Below are positions 41,956-54,649 of a stretch of DNA of 64,000 nucleotides, piece after piece; position 1 is the stretch's first letter; every line of letters begins with the position of its first letter. Where the stretch lies: positions 38,068,001 to 38,132,000 of the forward strand of contig NC_042999.1 in NCBI RefSeq assembly GCF_006345805.1, written 5' to 3'. The notes beneath the pieces are model-generated. The model had not been told where the DNA came from. It worked only from the letters and a program-made list of their open reading frames with translations, and searched no databases. The stretch is from Octopus sinensis (taxonomy: Eukaryota). The position numbers were made by a program, and so were the translations under genes.

Positions 41956-42285
41956 TATGCAAGCAAAAAGAAAAGAAAACATTTTTGAAACTAACATTCA
42001 AAGAGATGCTCAAAAGTAATGAATCAAGAAACGTCTTGAAAAGAGTTATAAGTAAATTGGAAGCACTCAGCAAGCTACTGAGAACAATTATCGTTATTTG
42101 GATTACCTTATAATACGTGTGTTTGAAAAGCCTGAAGATGGTGAAAGACGCTTAAGAAAGCACGAAAATTGTTAAGATTTTATAAAATATAATCCATGAA
42201 ATTTTAAATTAAGAAAGGCTGTATCATAAATTTTTCCAACGAATATATGTGTGTATATATATATTCCTCGGCGGAATTTGAACTC

Positions 42286-42444
42286 ATCCCTAGCCTTGAG
42301 TAATACACACGGACTCAATTTTCTGTGTGGTTACCCGACCTCAGCGTGTGTAAATCACCAGGGAGTGATGAAAACTCACCCCACTCGCAAGACGGATAAC
42401 CACTCAGAAACTCGAGTGGGTGGGCATCACGTAAGGCTAGGGAT
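42286..42444. mobile_element. Small MITE-like element with 12-bp inverted ends
   Basis: atccctagcctt ... aaggctagggat; interrupts a SINE C stub; no clear TSD. Confidence 0.5.
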
Positions 42445-42628
42445 TGGAGCGAAAACTTCCCCTCCCAAATACTAATCGGACACAGAATGTGTGTTGTTAG
42501 CCAGCTGGAGATGTCTTTCTGGGGCTATAAACGTCAGTAGCACTACCCCTTATAGGACGCCACACTTGGCTGACAATTATATGTTACGATTCTGTATTGC
42601 TACTGTTTACATTTCGCTCAGATATTTA

Positions 42629-42672
<44 letters not shown>

Positions 42673-43697
42673 TTGTGTGTGTGTATGTATATATATATGA
42701 AAGATACTGTGTATGAGTTTGTTTTGATAGTTGAAATGTTATATACACATATTCTGAAGACTTTGTAATGATTCTTGATGAGTTATGTGCAAATTTTTAG
42801 TTAATTTGTATTGCATAGGTTTGTGTTTCGCTCTATATGAAGAATGGTGGTGAATGCAAAAGAATCTAGCTTATATTTTATCTAGTATGATAGCCTTTCG
42901 GTTTATAATTTGCTATATTCCTATTTGTGTAAGAAGTTCGAATGGTAACCACTTTTTTTTTACCGATTTGTCTACGGATGCTTGATTTGTATCTTTTGAT
43001 AAGGAGGGAAGAGAGTTCCTATGAAAATTCTCAGTTCCTTTGAGACTGATAGCTGTGGCGGAAGGATAATACTCAAAATGGAGACTTCATGCGAAGTACT
43101 GTGAGGCATTTAGCCAGACGTGGTAGCAACTCTGCTAATTCGTCATTGGGTCTTCTATTACAGCTTGATTCTGAACAATTTTTGTTAAGGAAAAATACGC
43201 GAAGCGCTTGTTTATTATTTTTGCTTTTTGGTTATGGACAGCCGAAGATTATGCATTGTTTTTGAAATATAGTTTAGTTGAAAGAATTTTGATTAAAGCA
43301 GACTATTCCAGAAATTCTGTAAGATGTTATTCCTCTTCTTTTTATGTCAAATAATGATAGAAATCATTAATTTCCGACGCAGGGGAAATAGTCGGAAAGG
43401 AAGAAATAAAGCAGGAACGAAGAAAGAAAGAAATGCAACAAATAGATAGAAACGGGGTAACAAATAGATAGCCAAGACATTTAGCAACAAAAGAAGTATG
43501 AAAGTGAATGAAAACCAAACGAATGAATGAAAGAAAGAAAAGAAAGAAAAGAAAAGGGAAGAAATAATATAGAAAGTATAACAAATTAGTTGGTCAGTGA
43601 AATGCTTTCCTTAGATCACACCGGAAAAGTCCGGACGGATCTATTGTCTTTTGAATATATATATATATCTATCTATCTATATATATATATATATATA

Positions 43698-43934
43698 TTC
43701 AAAAGACAATAGATCCGTCCTGATTCAAAATGTGACCGCGTGTGTACCGTTGCCGATTTTTTTTCCTCCGTCTTCCCTTCTCTGGATCTTTCCTTTTCCA
43801 ATGTTTCTGACGAAGAGCTCCGCTCGAAACGTAAAGCCCCCCTTCTTCCCTTCCTTCCCGAGCGTACAGTAATACTATATTTGTTCCACGCCCTCGCGTT
43901 GTTGTGTTTTCTCTTTGTGTTTTCATGTTTGGAT

Positions 43935-43938
<4 letters not shown>
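43698..43938 (+). mobile_element. Longest H1 repeat with canonical-core minimal hammerhead (43803-43837)
   Basis: GTTT-CTGACGA-A-GAGC-tcc-GCTC-GAA-ACGT-A-AAGC; 23-bp inverted copy of its 5' end at 43633-43655. Confidence 0.82.
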
Positions 43939-44006
<68 letters not shown>

Positions 44007-44520
44007 AGAGTTGAGGACGGAAATCCTTCAAAGGATGTCAAATATTGAAGTCCACCGCTACAGTCCAGGTAAAGAATATATATAAAAATACATATTCAGT
44101 ATTTGAAACAACAGTAAATGAAATATAAGGACAGGAAGAGTTGAAAGTGTAGACGAACTTTAATTCAATTCAGAAACCAAGTTTGTACAGAGACAATATA
44201 CAGAACCAGCATACATTCAACGTGCTACGTGATGGTGTATATCACGGCCATCCAAGAAGACTTGGACAGGATTTCTGCTCAAATGGAAAGGAGAAGAAAC
44301 TAATATTATAATATACCATCCATGATTCTTTCATTTCCATTAATTTGTCGTTTCGGGCTGGTAATTTTTTTTTCGCCCCCCAAAAGGATGAATGGTAAAG
44401 CTGTCACCCGTGGGATTTGAACTCAGAGCACAAGACGTCGGTCTTATCCTTCATTTTAGATATCTATATATATATATATATATCCTGCATTTCATATATA
44501 TATATATATATAATATATAT

Positions 44521-44588
<68 letters not shown>

Positions 44589-45781
44589 TATATATACATA
44601 TATATATGCATGTATATGTGTGTGTATGTGCGTGTGTGTGAGTGTGTGAATAATATTTATATATAATAGGAAAAAAGATTCGTTTCCTTCATACCTACAA
44701 GATATGTATATCTTCCATTCCCAATTAAGATATAATCCAGAGATACTGGAGGTTTTGAGGATCAATCTTAATCCTGCGGTGCAGAGGACACATATTTTCC
44801 TATCATTTATAGGTAGTGTCTACACTTTTCGATGATTAATTAGCGGGTGATATGGTATGCTACCCGTTTTATTTTAACAACCAGACATGGTTTTCAAATG
44901 CTTTTGCGTCCTGTCTATCAATGTCGCTCCAAATATATGACGCGATCCTTCCAACCGATGCAGCTCTATAGATTGGGGAAATGTTTGGGTCTATATACGT
45001 GAAAACTATCTCCTATACAACGGTTTTTGTTGTATGATTCATACAATGGTTATGTTTCAACTAACCTCAGGGGAGGTTTGTGCTTACAGGAGAGAGAGCA
45101 GTGGATGTCTGGCAACAAGCCTCAGTGGGAGGGTGTTCTAACAAAATCTGCTTCATATTGATGGCAGTAATAAAGGTAATATGAAATGTATACGGCGTAA
45201 AAAAAATTATATATTATTCTGCGGATCGCTCTTAGTGAGAAGGGTATAGAAAAACAAATGATTGTTTTGAAACTTTTTTTAGGTGGGATATTGTAAAGTA
45301 TATTGTAGAATTATCCTTGAATCAACACACAACAAAGGCGTCAAATTTGACAGTAGCTGCCGTAAGTTGGAATTTCACATGCTATTTTTATACTACGAGA
45401 CAAAACCTTTTCGAGGACAAAGATTTCCGGCACACAGTGCCGTCTAATATTTCCCTGGCAAAGAAGGAATAATAGAATAAACGTATGTATGGTGTACAGG
45501 ATATACAATGGAGCACACAGAGCCTACTCGAATTAGCAATGTTACGAGTCTGGGCAGCGTGAATTAACAAATAATATGCTTGCTAGCAAGTAACCACAAT
45601 TAAAAGAACACACGTGTCAAAAAGTTGTGAGGGCCGTGCATGGTGATGTAGCCACTAACGCACATACTGTAGATTTTACATGTTTATTGTGAATCTGAGA
45701 TATTACACGGTTGCTATGCAATGAAGCATTCTAAGGAGTTGCGGAAATTTGACATCTCAGTGATTTATATATATATATATG

Positions 45782-45846
<65 letters not shown>

Positions 45847-45869
45847 GTGTGTGTGTGTGTGTGTGTGTG

Positions 45870-45909
<40 letters not shown>

Positions 45910-46483
45910 ATGGGAAAAATGGAATAGAGATGGGTTTTCCTGATAATTTGATGTCACTTTGATGGCATGCACTGCTCTCACACTCAATAATAATAATAAT
46001 AATAATTTGCACAAATAAATATAAGTCACTTAGTGCGTTTAAATGAAGAGTGAGCACCGGCACAGTTTAGGCTGCTTGTTGTTATCCGCAGTTGGGATAC
46101 ACTTCTGTTGGGTATACTTCAGGAACTCCGCTGTGGTAATTAGGGTAATAATATTAATTAACAGGAGATGGACTCGGTATTAAATATTTACTGCGAACAT
46201 TAGATGTCTCGATCCATTCGTCCGGGTCTCATTAGTTACATCGATAAAGATATGTCCCACAACATTTTTAGTTAGAGATTGGATAAAAGCAACTGATATT
46301 ACAGAAAGCGAAAGTTCAAATATGAACGTAGACGTCTTGCGTTCCTTGTTTAGATAAAATGATCGAAACACCTTTCGCTGTAAATTACTGCTCAGAGAAA
46401 AAAAAAGTAGAAAGAGAAAAGAAAACTATTCTTAGTAAAGTAGTTATATGTTCATACACATATATACAGACAGAAAGACAGAT

Positions 46484-46514
<31 letters not shown>

Positions 46515-46681
46515 GATAGATAGAGAGAAATACATACAAATATATATAAATGCACACAAACACTCACACATATATACCCATACACAGACACACATATTTC
46601 TATTCCTGAGCGCTATACTAATACATCTGTTTGTTTGTAGACCACCTGCCTTCGTCTTTTGTTTATTTTCGTAAACTTTCC

Positions 46682-46760
<79 letters not shown>

Positions 46761-47150
46761 GTCACGGGACTGTATGGTAAGTAGCTTGCTTACCAACCAC
46801 ATGGTTCCGGGCTCAGTCCCACTGCATGGAACCTTGGGCAAGTATCTACTACTATAGCCTCGGGCCGAGCAAACCCTTGTGAGAGGATTTGGTAGACGAA
46901 ACTTAAAGAAGAAGCCCGTCATATATATGTATGTATATGTTTGTGTGTTTGTGTTTGTCCCACAACATCGCTTGATAACCGATGGTGGCGTGTTTACGCC
47001 CGCGTAAACTAGCGGTTCGGCAAAAGACACCGATAAAATAAGTACTAGTCTTCCAAATAATAAGTCCTGGGGTCAATTTGCTCGACTAAAGTCGGCACTC
47101 CATAATGGCCGCAGTCAAATGGCTGAAACAAGTAAAAAAGAGTAAAAGAG
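46761..47150 (+). mobile_element. SINE family B copy
   Basis: ggtaagtagcttgcttaccaaccacatggttccggg...cttgggcaag...atggccgcagtcaaatggctgaaacaagtaaaa. Confidence 0.88.
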
Positions 47151-47183
47151 TATATACATATATGTATCTCTCTCTCTCTCTCT

Positions 47184-47238
<55 letters not shown>

Positions 47239-47304
47239 ATTATTTTGTAAGGACTCAAGGCACATCTGTTCGCGAGACATCGTAAATGAATTGAAGAAAC
47301 GAAA

Positions 47305-47342
<38 letters not shown>

Positions 47343-47347
<5 letters not shown>

Positions 47348-47584
47348 TAAAACGGTAAGATAACAAAGAAAGAAAGAGACCTCAATATTATGTAAATAGA
47401 GTAAATTATTTATACAATAATATGTTACATTACTCGATAGTCAAGATATAACTCTGAGTTTCAGATGCCGAAGTGGAAATCCACAACACCATCTCTTCGG
47501 TTATCTGGCTGGTGTTGTGGATTTCCACTTCCGCATCTGAAACTCAGAGTTTTATCTTGACTATCGAGTAATGTAACATATTAT
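47343..47584 (-). mobile_element. Fold-back element: 75-bp inverted arms, 18-nt spacer, hammerhead-like motif
   Basis: Arms 47417-47491 and 47510-47584 (73/75 matches); minus strand gataa-CCGAAGA-GATG..CATC-t-GAA-ACTC-a-GAGT-T-atatc; both ends in (TA)n. Confidence 0.75.
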
Positions 47585-50045
47585 ATATATATAATGTAAC
47601 ATATATATATATAAATGTATATATATATATATGTGACATATATATATATATAAATGTGCGTGTATGTATGTATGCATGTATGTATAGGTATGTATGTTTG
47701 TAAGTGTGTGTGTATGTGTGTGTATGAGTGTGTGTGTGTGTGGTGTGTGTGTGTGTGTGTGTGTGTTTGTGCATGTGTGTTTGTGTGTGTGTGTGTATGT
47801 GTGTGTAAGGACGTATGTATCTAGGAATACACGAAGATGCGTTCGGGAAAGCTCGAAATCAAATCGCTGTTTCTTACCCATCGTAGCCAAACAAAGAACA
47901 TAATATAAAGAAGAAAAAAAAAAGAAATGTAAATCGCAAACGAGAAACTCAAAAGAAAAGACAATAACAAGTATGTATTCAAAGAGAAAAGATAATGAAA
48001 AAAAAACAAAAAAAAATAAAAAAAAAGGAAACGATATGCAAAATGTCGTCTTGGTTCTGTCTAACATCTGGGCGTTGCTTGATAGTTTTCCAAATAGTAG
48101 TTAATTGCGAAAGTGAATCCAAGTCAAGAAAAGTGATAAAGCGCGAAACACAATTCTCAGTAATCATGTTTCTATCTTTTATCTTCTTTCTCATTCACTC
48201 ATTCATTCACTTAATCATTCGGTCAGTTTCTCAATCACTCCAACTCTCTCTCTCTCTATTTATCTATCTATCTACCTCCCGTTCTCCCTCTATCTCCTTC
48301 TGTCTCCAACTCTCCCTCTCCCCGTCTTCATTCGTAGATTTACTCCGTCATTTCTTTACTTAGTCACTAGTTCACTCTATTTCCTTTATACGGTTTGTGT
48401 TTCTTTCCTATTTCTACGCTGTATTGCAGTAGAATGTGTATCGTTTCTTCAATCAATATCACTTTGAGGTCGGTGACTGATGCGTGTGATTTGGTTAGTA
48501 CCAATTTCATGCTTCGTTTCAAGCCTGGAAATTGCTAGTATAGGTTAAAAGGACATTCATCTCATTTATTTCAAAAGATTGAATAAAGACTCCACTCTTC
48601 ATATTTCTGATGAAAGATTTAGGATGTGGGATGAGAGAGAAGTGAAATGCTTTTGCTTTAGCACAGTCAATACTCCTTTTTCATGTAAATAAATAAAATG
48701 AAATAAAAATAAATAAATAAATAAAATCGATCCAAGAAATGTAGCAGACATTTATATAGAGACACATCTTGATATAGTCCGACCAGACAAATCACCAGAA
48801 AATGTTTTATGTTTCGAATTTCTTTCAGAGAGACAGCTTTGTTACTAATTAGAGTAAATCATATACAGACACCAAGCTATTATTGAACGGTTTCACTTCG
48901 ATCAAAGTCTTTTCGTTATTGTCACTTTAAGGAATTCAGTATAGGCGAGCGCCGTTGTATGGCGGTAAACTTCTGATAAGAAAATACAGCACTACTGGTT
49001 CGAGTCTTCAGGTATATCTCTCCCAGTATTTCATAGCAATCGCGTTGTCCTGTAACTATGGTGTCTGTATTCCATCTCACTGGCCAATAATAGCCCAATA
49101 TATAGGAAAATTACTTGTATTTATCATTCACCTGTTACCATACATTCAAGAAGTGTGTATGGGAAAAATACTCAGAAAAAATTCGTTGCTCTCATTTACC
49201 ATTTGTCTCTTCGTTGGAAAGTTTTTGCAACACCCACTCCCCTAGTATGGAAACACAATATCACAGTGTGTTGATGAGTCAATGACATATATTCCTATCT
49301 CTCTGTGCTGTAGATTCTTGTGTATATTTTCGATCTATTTGCTGTAAACTCTAACAACGCTTATTCTATATAGATAAAGTCTCATTTACATGCAGCTTAG
49401 ACATCAGACGCTAGTACTAAATTACACATCAATGCATAAAACTACACTGCACATTATATAAACGGTATAACTCAACCATGTGTCAGACACATTCACAGAC
49501 CAAATCGGCACTGCTTTAGAAAATGGTTATTTCTAAACCTTGATATGAAGGAGACATAACAGCCTACTACTGTCAGGGGCATTCCTGAAGTTTCTAGACA
49601 TTTTTGTCAAGTGTGTTAAATCATACACATGCACACACACACACACATGCACAACCAGGGTCACACAGGCAGAGACGCATACATACACCCACACAAACAA
49701 GTAAACGCACGCACATGGGTATTTTAAACATGTCGCTATTATCGGAGGGATTTCTGGGTCTAAAAGTAATTTTCAGTGGAATAGTAAGTGAAATTACTGC
49801 GAGCTAATCTATAAAATCGTGGACAAGTTGTTGTATACATACATATATGCAAATGTATGTATGTATGTATGTATGTATGTATGTATGTATGTATGCATGT
49901 ATGTATGTATATATGTATGTATGCATGTATGTATGTATGCATGTATGTATGTATGTATGCATGTATATATGTATGTATGTATATATCTATGTATGTATGT
50001 ATGTATATATGTATGTATGCATGTATATATATGTGTGTGTGTGTG

Positions 50046-50105
<60 letters not shown>

Positions 50106-50497
50106 TATATATGTATAAATAAATAAGAATAAGGGAAGTTGTACGAAGTAACGCTATCAGGAACGATACTGTGACATATGCATACACATTCGGGGAAGCA
50201 CACACACACACACACACACATATGTGTGTGCCTGAACACGCGTGTGCGTGTGTGTTGTATGCATAACATACCATTTACTACACATTCAATCATGCAGACG
50301 ACAAATACGCGTTATGCAAATTAGGATAGTCATTTGAGCTGCATGACTGGTCGTGCGTATATGATTGAAATGGCGATTGGTATCAAGTTCTCCTTGTGGG
50401 AAGAAGTGTCAGGGCTCTTGTCCATTGTATCCATACATATAAGCATGTATGGAGATATACATGTATATATACATACAAGCATATACATACAAACATA

Positions 50498-51438
50498 TTG
50501 GGTTGTCCGGAAAGTTCGTGCCCATTTTTAAAGGAAAGAAAAAGGTCAATAAATATTTGCCATTACATTTTTAATCAACCAAATATGAACCATTTTGTCG
50601 CACGATGCATCTGCATCTTTCTTTTAACTTGAAAATACGCTCTTCCCAGAATCGAGGAGGTTTCGTGGCAAAGAATTCATCAAGCTATCTTTTTACGTCA
50701 TCCAAGGAGTTGAAAGTTTTACCATTAAGACTTGGTTACTTGGGAGAAGCTCATAGTACAGAATTCCTTTCCAATCCCACCAGACACAAAGCAAAACTTT
50801 AGGGTGAAGACCCGCTTTTGGGGTGGCTAAAAGTGGCCCATGTCGCTTACTCCGGTAGATAATCCATCTCTCATCACCTGTCACAATTTGCTTTAAAAAA
50901 GGCGCGTTTTCATTCCGTTTATAAAGTGAATCGCGGATGGCAATGTTATCCAAAAGGTTCTTTTCACTCAAATCATGTGGTACCCAAACATCGTAGCGAT
51001 TTGTGTACCCAAGCTTTACCAGGTGCTCATGAACGACGTATTTTGATAGGTTGAGGCTTTCTACCAATTCTCGGATTGTGCAATATGGGTTATTCGCAAT
51101 TAATGACTTGATTTGGTCATCATCTGTAGTGGATGGTTTACCTGATCGCTCTATATCAATAAGGCTAAAATCTCCAGCTCAGAATCTTGATTTCTTTGGT
51201 TGCTTGAGAGGCATTTTTCCTTTACGGAAAATGAAAAGCATCAAGTGCTGAAAATGAACTTTCTTATTTTCCATTTTAAAGGGTTACATAATTAACACAG
51301 GTTATAGGAACATCAACCACGAAAAGATAGCTCTAATTGGAGGTGTAGTTAAATCCTATTTTATGGACTCAACCCTGATCTAAAATAAGTCGAAAGGTAA
51401 ACTACTATAAATCGGCACGAAATTTCCGGACCACCCAA
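50498..51438 (-). mobile_element. Mariner DNA transposon, deletion derivative (941 bp)
   Basis: TIRs ttgggttgtccggaaagttcgtgcc / ggcacgaaatttccggaccacccaa, TA TSD on both sides. Confidence 0.95.
50571..51274 (-). pseudogene. Mariner transposase pseudogene
   Basis: MENKKVHFQHLMLF..., WVPHDL, IVTGDERWI, LHPK-VLLCVWWDWKGILYYELL joined directly to LNGKTFNSLDDVK; the segment with the 2nd and 3rd catalytic Asp and YSPDL is deleted. Confidence 0.93.
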
Positions 51439-52149
51439 TACAAACACACACACGCACTCTCACACACACATGCGAAAATTATAATGTAAGACACATAGAA
51501 TTTTATTGGAGCATAGTGATTCAGGTATGACCGACAAAATGCAATTTGACTTCTACGTGAGATTTAAACGCGTTTGTCTTGTTTGTAATTCTAGTTGCTC
51601 TTCTTCAGACTCACAGTTACACATATTTCCATTTCTGCTTTGAATATATAGGATAAATGAATAAGCAATTATTTTTTATAATCTTCATATGCATCATTAA
51701 TAGGATCAATTACGACATACGATTTCAATAATTTATTCAAATGCAATATTTATAGCGTCATTTAAAAGGGATAAATGCGTAGCATTCAAATTTAAAGTTC
51801 GATATAGCTGAGGCAATAAATTTAATGTTGTTGCATAAATAATTCTTAGAAATTATATGGAAATATTTAAATAGAACATAAATTCGTATAGAGTATTATA
51901 TCATGAATTTTCTTGTCGATTCTAATAACTTTCGCATGTTTGTGTTTACACATTCACTTCTAAAAACGTTTATTTCCTGATAAAAAATAAATGTTGCTCT
52001 CTCTGTCACTTAACCCCTCTTTTTTTATCTCTCTCTCAATCTCACGATATATACATATAATATATGTAAATATATGTACACACACCTCAAATACATATGT
52101 ATGCGTATACATATATGCATACATACCTACATACATACATATTACACAA

Positions 52150-52191
<42 letters not shown>

Positions 52192-53509
52192 TTACATGGC
52201 AGAAATTGTTGTTGCTGTTTTAATTCTCTAAGCCGCATAGCAAAATTACACTTGAAGCTGAAGAAATTCTCGTTCATTAAGGTATTTGTGCTCTATTGTA
52301 TTTCAGTCCTACTCAACAATTAGATTATTATGCAGCGGTTGAACGATAACTATAGGGCGGAAATGAAATGAATTCATGTTTTTCTTTTTTTTTTTGTCTT
52401 TTATTTCTCAATATTCCGTTTTGGTGTTCGACGTTTTAGTAGTTAAGCCTCGATATCATCCAATCGTGTGATTTGAATGAAGTTGTCATAAAATGAATCT
52501 CCGAAGAAATAGAAATAGAAGACAAAAAAAAAAATTAGAAAGAAATGAAAATGGGAAAAAGAATAAATATTATAAAAATAGAAGTAGAAGACATTTATTC
52601 ATAATTTTCTCACAGTCTTATTTTACGAATAACTGGGCATATTTGCTTAAAGACAGAATCACTGATACAGTAAACAGTTTGCTCTCAGTGTCAATACAAT
52701 TGCGGGACTTCTACATCCTTGCGTTTTCAATATATTAATTTTTTTTCTCTCGTACAAAGAATGGAAGTTAATTATTGAAGCAAAGAAGCAATGTCTAGGT
52801 GCCAGATGATATTAACAAGTGAAATTATGCCAGAGGTATGGTATGCTTATCACGTCGAATCTAATGCAGTTTAATGCAATTGTGAAGGTAAATATCGTTT
52901 ATTAGCTAATTCTCTCTCGACTAGAGATGTGTCAAGCGGAAAGCAGTACATTAAATTACATGAAACATTGACACGTTTATTTCCAATAACAATGCCAGTG
53001 TAAACAATCTGTTTTGACATTTCAACTGCATATATCCATATTAAAATAGGCTGGTTGAGCAATGCGGATGACTAGTTCTTTCGAAACGGTGTTCTTATAC
53101 AACGTGACGCTAATCGACTTGTTGTGAGCCAATTAAATATGTTGCAAATGTAACTTTCTTTATGCAGCATTCACAAAATTTTAATACTTTTATGTTTCAA
53201 ATGAGAAACTTGTTTATCGTTTCCTTACTTGACCAGAAAATTGCACGAGAGATACGAAATATTATTCCAGTAATCTTTGAGCTCAGAATGGATGTAACTA
53301 TTTGTTGCTGAATTTCACACACACACATAAATAGTATGATTTGAATCTATGCCCATGATTCTTTGACATTGACTCATTACTGTACCTCAGTCAAACTACG
53401 TCGCATTTTGATGCTCACTTTAAGTTGTCTCATATCACATCTGTGCTCAAGGAACGACAGGGAGAGCATACACATTTGCATTTTCTTTTAAATCCTATAA
53501 AAATATACT

Positions 53510-54108
53510 TATTTCTTTACTGCCCACAAGGGGCTAAACACAGAGGGGACAAACAAGGACAGACAAACGGATTAAGTCGATTATATCAACCCCAGTGCGT
53601 AACTGGTACTTATTTAAGCGACCCCGAAAGGATGAAAGGCAAAGTCGACCTCGGCGGAATTTGAACTCAGAACGTAGCGGCAGACGAAATACATATTTCT
53701 TTACTATCCACAAGGGGCTAAACAGAGAGGGAACAAACAAGGACAGACAAAGAGATTAAGTCGATTATATCGACCCCAGTGCGTAACTGGTACTTATTTC
53801 ATCGATCCCGAAAGGATGAACGGCAAAGTCGACCTCGGCGGAATTTGAACTCAGAACGTAACGGCAGACGAAATACCTATTTCTTTATTACCCACAAGAG
53901 GCTAAACACAGAGCGGACAAACAAGGACACACAAACGGATTAAGTCGATTATATCGACCCCAGTGCGTAACTGGTACTTATTTAAGCGACCCCGAAAGTA
54001 TGAAAAGCAAAGTCGACCTCGGCGGAATTTGAACTCAGAACGTACCGGCAGACGAAATACCGCTAAGTATTTCGCCCGGCGTGCTAACGATTCTGCCAAT
54101 TCGCCGCC
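53510..54108 (-). mobile_element. SINE family C trimer (one 47-bp head, three 184-bp bodies) with 22-bp TSD
   Basis: Units 53510-53693, 53694-53877, 53878-54061; TSD ttaaatcctat(a/t)aaaatatact at 53488-53509 and 54109-54130. Confidence 0.93.
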
Positions 54109-54265
54109 TTAAATCCTATTAAAATATACTGTTTTCTTTATAACCTCAGCCTCGCCCTCAGTGAGCTCACTGTTAGAACAACAGAAAAATCTGCCACAAA
54201 ACCAATCCTCATGGCATTATGAGCTTAAAATAATCTCTTGAAACGTTTAGAAAGATGCACACTAT

Positions 54266-54649
54266 GGGAAGCACTCCGTCGGTTACGACGACGAGGTTCC
54301 CGGTTGATCCGATCAACGGAACAGCCTTCTCGTGAAATTAACGTGTAAGTGACTGAGTACTCCACAGACACGTGTACCCTTAACGTAGTTCTCGGGGATA
54401 TTCAGCGTGACACAGAGAGTGACAAGGCCGGCCCTTTGAAATACAGGTACAACAGAAACAGGAAGTAAGAGTGAGAGAAAGTTGTGGTGAAAGAGTACAG
54501 TAGGGATCACCACCATCCCTGCCGGAGCCTCGTGAAGTTTTAGGTGTTTTCGCTCAATAAACACTCACAACGCCCGGTCTGGGAATCGAAACCGCGATCC
54601 TACGATCGCGAGTCCGCTGCCCTAACCACTGGGCCATTGCGCCTCCACT
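54266..54649 (-). mobile_element. SINE family A full-length copy (tail type 2) with 11-bp TSD
   Basis: TSD atgcacactat at 54255-54265 and 54650-54660; homologous to 25669-26050. Confidence 0.93.

Noticed and set aside
53510-54108. CRISPR-like array (also 61754-62074)
   Set aside because: Whole 151-184-bp units repeat without unique spacers; eukaryotic context, no cas genes.
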